Shown here: positions 56,111-64,000 of the stretch, piece by piece
Numbering within the stretch: the first letter of the stretch is position 1
How the letters are laid out: every line of letters starts with the position of its first letter
The notes under the pieces: generated by a model
What the model saw: the letters and a program-made list of their open reading frames with translations, nothing else
Database searches by the model: none
What the model was told of the DNA's origin: nothing
Made by a program: the position numbers and the translations under genes
DNA from: Pedobacter sp.
GTDB lineage: Bacteria; Desulfobacterota; Desulfuromonadia; Desulfuromonadales; Syntrophotaleaceae
Length of the DNA: 64,000 nucleotides
Direction: 5' to 3'
Assembly (NCBI GenBank): GCA_050253415.1
Contig: JBFWJC010000002.1
Coordinates: 128,001-192,000, forward strand

Positions 56111-57427
56111 ATGCGCAACCTGCGAATCGCTGAAATGCTATTTAACCGTCCGCTGATGATCTCAGAGTCAAAGCTCAATGTGATTCTGCATATCCTCGGC
56201 CCCCGCCTCAATCTTGACCTTGGCGGCCTGCCGTCGCAACAACTGGCCGAGATCAGCGACCAGGACCGCGCCCGCGCAGGCTATCAGGTCAAAGGCAACA
56301 TCGGCATTGTCGGCATCCACGGCCCCCTCATGCACCGCCGTCTGGCCTCTCAATTCCCCAGCGGAGGCCCGACGACCTACGGCGAGATCCGCCGCGCCTT
56401 TGACATGGCCATGGCCGATGATGCCGTAGAGTCCATTATTTTGGATATCGACTCTCCCGGTGGTGAAGTCAGCGGCGTCTTTGACCTGGCGGATCACATC
56501 TATCAGGCCCGCAGCAGCAAGCCGAGCACCGCCATACTTAACGAGTCGGCCTTCTCCGCAGGTTATCTATTGGCCAGCAGCGCCGGACGCATTGTGATGC
56601 CCCGTACCGGCGGCGCCGGATCCATCGGGGTCATTGCCACCCATGCCGATTTTTCACGGGCGGAAGACGCCGCAGGAATCACCGTAACCCATGTTATCGC
56701 CGGCGCCAAAAAAGCCGATTTTTCCCCGCACCATCCTTTAAGCGAATCGGCTCTTGCCTCACTGCAAGCCATGGTAGACGACAGCTACGAAATGTTTGTC
56801 GATACCGTCGCCAGGAATCGAGGCATGACAACCAAGGCTGTGCGCGATACCGAAGCCGGTATTTTTGAAGGCAAAAAAGCCGTCGCAGCACGCCTTGCCG
56901 ACGAAATTTCCGCAGTAGATAAAGCCATCGCCCAGGCCGGTATGGCCAGAGGCAAAACCATGCTCCCCACTTCGGCCAGAGCCGTCGCGGGAAAGGAGAA
57001 CCGCGCCATGACACTTTTGGAACTCAGAGAAAAACACCCCGATCTGGTAGCCCAGATCGAAACCGAAGCCAGCGCCGGCATGATTACCCAGGCCGCCGCC
57101 GACACCGCCCGCGCCGAAGCCGTCACCGCTGAAAGCACCCGCGTTATGAGCCTGGTGCAAGCCGCCATCGGCGAAGAAGGTGCCGGGAAGATCCGCGCCG
57201 CCGCCGACAAAGGCCTCACCGCCGATGACCTGCAGGCCCTTGGCGTCAGCCTTGCCCCTGTCGCCACCGGCGATGCCGACCTTGCCACCCGTAATGCCAT
57301 GCTTGAAGGCATAACAGGCGCCGCTCCGGCCGCGTTGCGCACCGGCAACGCCGTCACCGGCGAAGCCGCCGAAGAGCAAGTCGTTACCAACGCTATCCTT
57401 GCCGGGGCCGCCGGTCGCCGCCAGTAA
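56111..57427 (+). CDS. S49-family prohead protease/scaffold (gpC/Nu3-like)
   Basis: LDIDSPGGEV, AFSAGYLLAS, GSIGV; Ala-rich C-terminus. Confidence 0.9.
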   Translation: MRNLRIAEMLFNRPLMISESKLNVILHILGPRLNLDLGGLPSQQLAEISDQDRARAGYQVKGNIGIVGIHGPLMHRRLASQFPSGGPTTYGEIRRAFDMAMADDAVESIILDIDSPGGEVSGVFDLADHIYQARSSKPSTAILNESAFSAGYLLASSAGRIVMPRTGGAGSIGVIATHADFSRAEDAAGITVTHVIAGAKKADFSPHHPLSESALASLQAMVDDSYEMFVDTVARNRGMTTKAVRDTEAGIFEGKKAVAARLADEISAVDKAIAQAGMARGKTMLPTSARAVAGKENRAMTLLELREKHPDLVAQIETEASAGMITQAAADTARAEAVTAESTRVMSLVQAAIGEEGAGKIRAAADKGLTADDLQALGVSLAPVATGDADLATRNAMLEGITGAAPAALRTGNAVTGEAAEEQVVTNAILAGAAGRRQ

Positions 57428-57453
57428 TCCAACCATACTAGAGGAGTACCGCC

Positions 57454-57804
57454 ATGGAAACCTACACCCCCGATAACCTGCTGGCCGGCGCCTATCCGGT
57501 GGTGACCGACGAAGTCACCGTCGTTACCGGCCAGACCCTGACCCGCGGCGCCGTACTCGGCAAGATCACCGCCAGCGGCAAATACGCCCTGTGCGACAGC
57601 GCCGCCGTTGATGGCAGCCAGTCCCCTGTCTGCATCCTCGCCGAAAACTGTGACGCATCCGCCGCCGATAAAACCAGCGTGCCCGTTTACCTCAGCGGAG
57701 AGTTTGCGGAGACCTCGCTGACCTTCGGTGGCACCGACACCGCCGACACCCACCGGGCCGCCCTGCGCGACCTCAACATTTATCTCAAGAAGACCGTGGC
57801 CTGA
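57454..57804 (+). CDS. Head decoration protein (gpD-like)
   Basis: RGAVLGKITASGKY...DGSQ.P..IL; position before capsid. Confidence 0.85.
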   Translation: METYTPDNLLAGAYPVVTDEVTVVTGQTLTRGAVLGKITASGKYALCDSAAVDGSQSPVCILAENCDASAADKTSVPVYLSGEFAETSLTFGGTDTADTHRAALRDLNIYLKKTVA

Positions 57805-57833
57805 CCCGGTCCGTCAATAAAGGAGACTGACTT

Positions 57834-58877
57834 ATGGCTATCGATCTTTTTGCCACGCGTACCATGCTGCCCGCCGTCGAACAGATGAAGCGGCCCAAAA
57901 CCTTCCTGCTCGACCTGTTCTTCCCCGGTGCGCGCACCTTCGGCACCGAAACCGTCGATGTCGATATCGTCAAAGGCAAGCGCCGCATGGCGCCGTTTGT
58001 CGCACCGGTTGTCGAAGGCAAGGTCGTCACCAAGCGCGGCTACACCACCAGCACTTTTAAGCCGCCCTACGTCAAGCCTAAATTCCCGACCACCGCCCAG
58101 CAGTTGCTCAACCGCGCGCCGGGCGAGTCACTGTATGCCGGGCAAAAGTCGCCCCAGCAGCGCGCCTCCGAGCAGCTTGGCAAAGATCTCGCCGAGCTCG
58201 ATGAAATGATCACCCGTCGCGAAGAGTGGATGGCCGCCCAGGCGCTGGACTCCGGCACCATCACCGTCAGCGGCGACGGCGTCGAAACCGCCGTCGATTT
58301 CGGCATGGCCGCCACCCATAAAATCACCCTCACCGGTGGAGATCTGTGGAGCGACACCGTCAACAGCAACCCCATCGCCGACCTCACCACCTTTGCGCTG
58401 TTGTGCGCCAAAGACGCCGGTGTGGTGCCCAACACCGTCGTGCTCGGCACCGATACCAGCCAGGCGTTTATGGCGCACCCCAAAGTGCAGGCGCTGCTCG
58501 ACCTTAAAGACGCCAACCTGATCCGCATCAACCCACGCGAGCTGCCCGAGGGCGCCAGCTACATCGGCACCATCACCGCGCCCAACCTCAACGTCGATGT
58601 GTTCACCTACGCCGAATGGTACGTCGACGACAACGATGTCGAGCAGCCCATGGTTCCTGTCGACAAATGCTGGATGGGATCCACCCGCACCGCCAACACC
58701 AAACTGTACGGTGCCATTCAGGATCTCGACGCCATCGAATCCGGTCTGATCGAAGCCGAGCGTTATCCTAAATCCTGGGTGACTCCTGACCCAAGCCAGC
58801 GCTTTTTGATGCTGCAGTCTGCGCCCCTGGTCGGATTTCTCCAACCCGACGCCTTCGTCAGCGCCAAGGTCATCTAA
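57834..58877 (+). CDS. Major capsid protein (gpE family)
   Basis: FLLDLFF, MAPFVAP, RREEWMAAQAL, QSAPL. Confidence 0.92.
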   Translation: MAIDLFATRTMLPAVEQMKRPKTFLLDLFFPGARTFGTETVDVDIVKGKRRMAPFVAPVVEGKVVTKRGYTTSTFKPPYVKPKFPTTAQQLLNRAPGESLYAGQKSPQQRASEQLGKDLAELDEMITRREEWMAAQALDSGTITVSGDGVETAVDFGMAATHKITLTGGDLWSDTVNSNPIADLTTFALLCAKDAGVVPNTVVLGTDTSQAFMAHPKVQALLDLKDANLIRINPRELPEGASYIGTITAPNLNVDVFTYAEWYVDDNDVEQPMVPVDKCWMGSTRTANTKLYGAIQDLDAIESGLIEAERYPKSWVTPDPSQRFLMLQSAPLVGFLQPDAFVSAKVI

Positions 58878-58956
58878 TCGCGATAGTTAACCGCTAAGCG
58901 CAATAAGGAAAACCTGTTCAGGGTTTTACCCTGGACCGGTTGCGAAAGGCCAAGAC

Positions 58957-59304
58957 ATGAAAATCACCGCAATAAACACCATCAAATACAAAGGGCAATA
59001 TATCGCCCCGGGCGAGACCTTCGACGCGGATAAAAAGATAGCCACCGACTTGCTCAAACAAGGTGTTGCCACTGCCTGCGCCGTGGATACCACCGCAGCC
59101 GCCGCCGAAAAATCCGCCGCCGCGCAAGAGGCCGCCATGATCGAAAAGATCAAAGCCGTCAAAAACCAAGGCGAATTGGCCGAGCTGATCCCTGACAACG
59201 AGACGCGTCCCGCCATCCTCGCTGCCGGTGAAGCTCGCTGGAAAGAGCTCGGCGAATCTCTTGGCGACACGGGAGAGGCCGGCGCAGAGACTGCCGGCGC
59301 TTAA
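58957..59304 (+). CDS. Hypothetical virion/packaging accessory protein (gpFI position)
   Basis: Position after capsid; PGETFDAD..A..LLKQG.A. Confidence 0.65.
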   Translation: MKITAINTIKYKGQYIAPGETFDADKKIATDLLKQGVATACAVDTTAAAAEKSAAAQEAAMIEKIKAVKNQGELAELIPDNETRPAILAAGEARWKELGESLGDTGEAGAETAGA

Positions 59305-59385
59305 TATCACCTAACCCCCAACAGCGCGGGGCCGCCATAGGCGGTCCTCATCTCCACGCCTGGCCCCGCGCGATTTAGTGACCCG

Positions 59386-59592
59386 ATGACACCAGAGATG
59401 CTGCAAATAGCCGTATTGGCCCTGATCGGGTTGCTGAGTATAGCCACCACGATTATCGGTTTTTTTGTCGCCCGCACCATGTCCAAGGTCGACGCTAACC
59501 AAACCATCCTGTTCGAGCGCCAAACGGCATTGGAGCGCCAGTTTTTTGAGCTGCTCGGGGAGCACAAGGCCAGGCATGAGGGGAATAAATGA
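59386..59592 (+). CDS. Small membrane protein (holin candidate)
   Basis: One N-terminal TM helix plus short coiled coil; overlaps the lysin start. Confidence 0.55.
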   Translation: MTPEMLQIAVLALIGLLSIATTIIGFFVARTMSKVDANQTILFERQTALERQFFELLGEHKARHEGNK

Positions 59593-60200
59593 CCACCAAC
59601 CGCGAAACCAAATACGACGACATCATCAAAGACGCCGTGCTGCGCCACTTTCCAGAACTGCTCACCGACTTTGGCCCGTTTGGCTGGCTGTGGATCTGCG
59701 CGCAGATCTGGCAGGAATCGCGGTTTGACCCCAACGCCGTCTCACCCGTCGGCGCCATGGGCCTGATGCAACTCATGCCCGCCACCGCCAAAGAGCTTGG
59801 CGTCACCGACCCCTTTGACCCGGAGCAAAACATCAACGGCGGCGTTTTTTACCTCGCCGACCAATACCGGCACATGGACGAGATACCGACCTACGCCGAG
59901 CGGATACGCTTTGCCCTGGCAAGCTACAACGGCGGCCGAGGCAATATCAATTTAACCCTGGTATTCGGTCGCGACGCCGAAGGCCTGCCGCCAAGCTTCA
60001 AGCGCTGGCGTCTCGGCGGCCGCCTGCCAGGGCGCTGGCAGACCTGGAGCTTTGCCTCCTCGTTTTTGTCCGATTCCCGCATGCCGCGCATCGACTACAA
60101 GCAGATCCGCGACTACGTCGCCAAGATCGAAACCCGGTATCTGCACTATCTGCATGAGGCGCTTGACGGCCAAGGGCAGGTGCTCCATGCCGGACACTGA
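59589..60200 (+). CDS. Lytic transglycosylase (SLT) endolysin
   Basis: WQESRFDPNAVSPVGAMGLMQLMP, ALASYNGG. Confidence 0.9.
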   Translation: MTTNRETKYDDIIKDAVLRHFPELLTDFGPFGWLWICAQIWQESRFDPNAVSPVGAMGLMQLMPATAKELGVTDPFDPEQNINGGVFYLADQYRHMDEIPTYAERIRFALASYNGGRGNINLTLVFGRDAEGLPPSFKRWRLGGRLPGRWQTWSFASSFLSDSRMPRIDYKQIRDYVAKIETRYLHYLHEALDGQGQVLHAGH

Positions 60201-60310
60201 CCCTGCAACCTGGGGCCGCTGCTCCAATAGCCTGACAGGCTCTTGCCCATCCGCAGGCAAGGGCGCCCTTAAATGCGCCGCCACCATTTGCCCGGGGAGA
60301 GAGATTGAGG

Positions 60311-60841
60311 ATGACCCAAGCCGACCTGACAAAACGCGCAAAGACCGGTGATGTACTGCTGGTCAAATCCGACGGCACCATCGGCAAACTCATCCGCTGC
60401 CTGACCGGCGAGAGTTATAGCCATGTGGCTGTGCTGGTGTGGGTGCCTGGTCAATACGGCTTTGAGTTGCTCGTCTATGAATTCGTCGAGGGCGTTGGAC
60501 ACCAGACCATGAGCCTGGCGGATTGGATGGACCGGCGTCAGGACCAGACCCTGTTTTATGGTGTGGCGCCCGATCCCGTGCATCAGTATCCGACCAAGGC
60601 CCGCGCCGCTGCCGAATACTATCGCACAGCTCCGCTGCTCAAACGCTCCTACGGTTATTTGAGCCTCGCCAAAGTGTGGCTTAGCCAGTTGTTTGAGTGC
60701 CGGATACCCGTGCGGCAAAAAGTCTGCTCCACCTTCGCACAAGAAGTCTGGCGGCTGGCCGGTTACGACGCCATTGGCCGCACCGCCGACCCCGGCGACA
60801 TCGCTCAACACTGTGATCCCCTTTACCCCCTGTGGAGGTAA
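60311..60841 (+). CDS. Permuted NlpC/P60 (YiiX/YaeF-like) papain-fold protein
   Basis: GDVLL, YSHVAV (His before Cys), C-terminal VCST. Confidence 0.7.
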   Translation: MTQADLTKRAKTGDVLLVKSDGTIGKLIRCLTGESYSHVAVLVWVPGQYGFELLVYEFVEGVGHQTMSLADWMDRRQDQTLFYGVAPDPVHQYPTKARAAAEYYRTAPLLKRSYGYLSLAKVWLSQLFECRIPVRQKVCSTFAQEVWRLAGYDAIGRTADPGDIAQHCDPLYPLWR

Positions 60842-60847
60842 TACCCC

Positions 60848-61363
60848 ATGAAATCGAGACTTCCTTTTTTGGCCCTGATTCTTCTGTTCGCTTTGACCAT
60901 GCTGGTGGTCGGTTGCTGCACGTCTCCGACCGCCGATCCCGTCGGTGCTGCGTTCGACCGTCATGAAACAGGCCTGCATCTCGCCGTCAATGTCGGTGTC
61001 GGCCAGCTACTCACCGCGCACCCCGAGTGGGCCCTCCCCGCGGCGCAGATCGCCGAGGCCGTCGCCGTCGAGCTGGAGACCGAAGGGCTGGTCAGCCTCG
61101 AGCGCCTGCAGCAAGAGGTCACCGACCGTATCGACTGGGAGGGGCTGCCGCCCGCCGAGCAGAGCCTGATACTCAGCGTGGTCGATACCGCCGCCGAGGC
61201 CATATCCAGGCGACTGGATGAATCCGGCCTGACCGATCCCAACGAGCGCAAGATCCGCGTCGCCAAAGTGCTGCGCTGGATCTCCGAAACAGCCCGCGCC
61301 CGATCAGGCACCGCCGCCGTCAAAAATGCCGCCCGTGGGAAGAGCTATCAGGTGCTCGCGTGA
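60848..61363 (+). CDS. Putative lipoprotein
   Basis: Signal peptide ending LVVG-C; GGAGG RBS. Confidence 0.7.
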   Translation: MKSRLPFLALILLFALTMLVVGCCTSPTADPVGAAFDRHETGLHLAVNVGVGQLLTAHPEWALPAAQIAEAVAVELETEGLVSLERLQQEVTDRIDWEGLPPAEQSLILSVVDTAAEAISRRLDESGLTDPNERKIRVAKVLRWISETARARSGTAAVKNAARGKSYQVLA

Positions 61364-61650
61364 TTGATACCGGTGAAGTCCTCGATTGCGCCATGGACGA
61401 CTGGGGCGAACTGCTGCCCGTCGGTGGCGTTGAAAAGATGGTTATTTTCGAAGAACCGGGAGAGACCATGTCCCCGCTTACCGGAGAGATCGTGACCACG
61501 GCCCCACAGATATCAGGGCCGACGGCTGATCTTGGGTCCGTCGAACGGGGTACCGAGGTCGTGCGCGGAGGGATCACCTACTATGTTGTGTCCCCGCCAC
61601 GTAATGACGGTATGGGTGACACAACTCTGATCTTAAGCAAGGATCCGTAA
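61360..61650 (+). CDS. Head-tail joining protein (gpFII-like)
   Basis: 96 aa ending YYVV...DGMGDTTLIL. Confidence 0.7.
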   Translation: MIDTGEVLDCAMDDWGELLPVGGVEKMVIFEEPGETMSPLTGEIVTTAPQISGPTADLGSVERGTEVVRGGITYYVVSPPRNDGMGDTTLILSKDP

Positions 61651-62109
61651 ATGGCCAAGTCAACCATCCGCCAGCAGCTTGTCGAAAAAGTTACGGCGCG
61701 GCTGCAAACCATTCTGCAAGCCAACGATTACAATACCGATCTTGGTTTGCGCGTCCGTGTGTCACCGACAGACCAGTTCAAGCCGCCGGAAACGGAGGGT
61801 AAATCGTATTGTCTCGATCTGTTTTTCCCGACGTCCGGCTCGGATATATCCGAGGTGACCAAACGCTGGGATCATTCTCTCGACGTTGACATCGATGTTT
61901 ATGGATTTGGTCCGGTAACGGAAGCAGACATTTCAAACATGATTGCCGATGTGTTCGCCGCCGTCGGCACAGACCCCGGGTGGGACGGTTTAGCGATAAA
62001 GTCACGCACCCCGCAGGTTAACCCCGAGCTTGCCCGGCGTGAGCGCCTGGTCGGCTGCGCCAATATTGCGTTCAAGATCGAATATATGACCCCCGAATGG
62101 CAAATCTAA
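61651..62109 (+). CDS. Tail terminator (gpU-like)
   Basis: Position before the tail tube; DPGWDGLA..., FKIEY. Confidence 0.65.
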   Translation: MAKSTIRQQLVEKVTARLQTILQANDYNTDLGLRVRVSPTDQFKPPETEGKSYCLDLFFPTSGSDISEVTKRWDHSLDVDIDVYGFGPVTEADISNMIADVFAAVGTDPGWDGLAIKSRTPQVNPELARRERLVGCANIAFKIEYMTPEWQI

Positions 62110-62128
62110 TCCAGGCTAGGAGCGAACT

Positions 62129-63244
62129 ATGGGTTATCAAAAGCAAGAAACCACCGTTTATGTCAAAGAACAGACCGCCAAAGGGGCAATCGCCGTTGTG
62201 GGTGACGCCGACGCCATCCAGATAACCGACAAAACAACCCTTGTGAAACCGCAGGCCGCCGAGGTTGAGTCGCCTGTGTTGCGGCCACGTGGATCGCGCC
62301 TGCCTCCTAAAAAATATGCCATAGGCAAATGGGGTATCGGTGATCACGGCGTGATTTGGCACGGCAGCGGAACCCCCGGCACGCCTCCGGAGTTCGGTGT
62401 ACTTCTTAAAAATCTCCTCGGTACCGAGGTGACAAACGCTGCAGGTACCGTCGAGGCCGGTAGTGGGGCCGTGGGTGGTTTCGACTCAGCCCTGGACCTG
62501 ACGGTCGGCCAGGCCGTGCGCGTAGCCATTGGTGCTGGTTACGAAATCCGCCTTATCTCCGGTAAATCCGGGTCAGGTACCTATACCTACACCGTTGATC
62601 GCGATTTTGCCCAGGCGCCTGCCGACAGTGCCGAGATCTGCGCCGGGGTCAGTTACATCATCGGCACCACAGACAAGTGGTTGACCGTCGACCAATACGA
62701 AGACAAAAACCGCTATCTGGCAAGCGATGTTCGCTGCCGGTCACTCAAGTGGAGCTTGGGAGCCAAGGATATTGTCGCCGGGGTTTTCGGACTTAAAGCT
62801 TTGACCTGCGAAGAGTCGGACGTTCCGGCGGGGGATCCCAACAACTTTGTCTGGGATGACCGCCTGCCCTTTGTCGGGGCAAGCTGCACCATGCTGATCG
62901 GTGGATCTTCCGTTAACGTCAAGTCCCTCGAATTCGACATTGAAGTGCCGAAAGAAGTCTCCTACGTCAACGACAACGGCTTATCCGATCTGCCCGGAGA
63001 CTCCAACATCAATGCCAGCGGCACGGTCGTCCGCGAAATGCTCGGTGTATCTCCATTGAGTGCGTTCTTTTCCGGGACCCTGGCCGATGTCGTATGGCAG
63101 CAGACCAGTTCAGACGGCGACATAGGGTTTGTTCAGTTTTCCGACGTGCAGAACGGCAGGGCGGATGCCCAGGATGAAGACGACGACCTGCAATGGTCTG
63201 TACCCTTCACGATCACCGGCGGGATCTGCATCGGGTTTTTCTGA
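62129..63244 (+). CDS. Tail tube (major tail) protein
   Basis: Position, size, beta-rich; GTPPEFGVLLK..LG. Confidence 0.7.
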   Translation: MGYQKQETTVYVKEQTAKGAIAVVGDADAIQITDKTTLVKPQAAEVESPVLRPRGSRLPPKKYAIGKWGIGDHGVIWHGSGTPGTPPEFGVLLKNLLGTEVTNAAGTVEAGSGAVGGFDSALDLTVGQAVRVAIGAGYEIRLISGKSGSGTYTYTVDRDFAQAPADSAEICAGVSYIIGTTDKWLTVDQYEDKNRYLASDVRCRSLKWSLGAKDIVAGVFGLKALTCEESDVPAGDPNNFVWDDRLPFVGASCTMLIGGSSVNVKSLEFDIEVPKEVSYVNDNGLSDLPGDSNINASGTVVREMLGVSPLSAFFSGTLADVVWQQTSSDGDIGFVQFSDVQNGRADAQDEDDDLQWSVPFTITGGICIGFF

Positions 63245-63576
63245 TGACCAAAGAAGAGTTCCTGTCATTGCTCCCGGGCATCCGCCGCGCCGCAAAAAAA
63301 CTCGGCTACGCGATCGGCTTGCACGGAAGCCTGGCGCGTGATTTCGACCTGATCGCAGCGCCTTGGACCGAAGACGCCGCCACGCCTGACGCATTGGCTG
63401 AAGCCGTTTTTGAGGCGGCCGGCGGCGTCCGTTGGCGAGTCTGGTGGAACCATGGCAAACCAAAGCCGCACGGCCGAAAGGCATACGCTTTTGATTGGGA
63501 CAAGAGCAACCACGAAAACCGGGACTACTGTGACCTAAGCGTAATGCCGAGGTACACCAGCCCAACCAAGGAATAA
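63244..63576 (+). CDS. Hypothetical protein with a minimal nucleotidyltransferase-like motif
   Basis: TGATG coupling; GYAIGLHGSLARDFDLIAAPW. Confidence 0.7.
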   Translation: MTKEEFLSLLPGIRRAAKKLGYAIGLHGSLARDFDLIAAPWTEDAATPDALAEAVFEAAGGVRWRVWWNHGKPKPHGRKAYAFDWDKSNHENRDYCDLSVMPRYTSPTKE

Positions 63577-63579
63577 ACC

Positions 63580-63690
63580 ATGCGCAAACTTTTTAAATAC
63601 ATCGGTTACCTGCTGCGCTACCCGCGCGGCTTTATCCGCGTCTGGCGCGAAAACTACCGCAAGCAAAAGGTCGCCGATGGCCAGAGATAA
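63580..63690 (+). CDS. Small basic ORF (36 aa)
   Basis: AAGGA RBS; MRKLFKYIGYLLRYPRGF... Confidence 0.4.
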   Translation: MRKLFKYIGYLLRYPRGFIRVWRENYRKQKVADGQR

Positions 63691-64000
63691 AAAAATATCG
63701 CTGATTATCAGCGCCAAAAACAAAGCCAAAGGTGTCTTTACCTCGGTCAAAAAAGGCCTGTCCGATATCGGTGGCCTGGCGAAAAAGATTTTTTCGCCGA
63801 CCGGCCTGATCCTCGGTGGTCTCGGTGCGCTTGGCCTGGGTAAGCTGGCAGGCTCGTTTATCGAAACCGCCAGCAGCTTCGAGGGTCTTGAGGCAAGCTT
63901 GACCACCACCCTCGGCAGCCTCGACAAGGCGCGACAGGCGATCGCCTACGCCAACAAAGAGGCGGCCGCCTCGCCCTATACCGTGCTGGAATACGGCGAA
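63677..64000 (+). CDS. Tape measure protein (5' part)
   Basis: Manual translation MARDKKISLIISAKNKAKGVF...FIETASSFEGLEASLTTTLGSLDKA...ASPYTV. Confidence 0.85.
   Translation, partial: MARDKKISLIISAKNKAKGVFTSVKKGLSDIGGLAKKIFSPTGLILGGLGALGLGKLAGSFIETASSFEGLEASLTTTLGSLDKARQAIAYANKEAAASPYTVLEYGE

Larger units (their letters stand above)
32756..64000. mobile_element. Prophage (lambda-like head, siphovirus-type tail, serine integrase); continues beyond the window
   Basis: Integrase, repressor/cro/CII, primase-helicase, terminase, portal, protease, capsid, lysin, tail genes. Confidence 0.95.

Noticed and set aside
32756..64000. Diversity-generating retroelement or retron in the prophage
   Set aside because: No reverse transcriptase or TR/VR pair seen in this window; the distal tail region is outside it

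Overview
The window has two parts. 1-32.7 kb is chromosomal backbone of a GC-rich bacterium; gene content and intergenic heptamer/palindromic repeats suggest a Desulfuromonadales (Pelobacter/Syntrophotalea-like) organism, which is inference. It holds a glycogen/alpha-glucan cluster, pgeF-rluD-degQ, elbB, gltB, trxB, moaE, sucAB, a beta-carbonic anhydrase and a degenerate hybrid kinase. From about 32,756 to the window end lies a temperate siphovirus-like prophage, inserted by a large serine recombinase into a tRNA gene (probably tRNA-Asn; only the 5' half remains here). It has immunity, replication, lambda-like head, lysis and tail modules. Main finding: the prophage carries an integron-type gene-cassette array with no integron integrase in the window. 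Eight attC-like sites and eight single-gene cassettes lie at 46,894-50,244, and a ninth solo cassette (radical SAM) lies at 53,301-54,188. Each gene is bracketed by mutually complementary 7-bp GTT.../...AAC boxes (6/7 or 7/7). Extrahelical-base geometry places the attC top strand on the minus strand, so all cassette ORFs run antisense to the usual cassette orientation and in line with phage transcription. Several ORFs take their RBS and start codon from inside the attC. All calls come from reading the sequence by eye; no searches were run.
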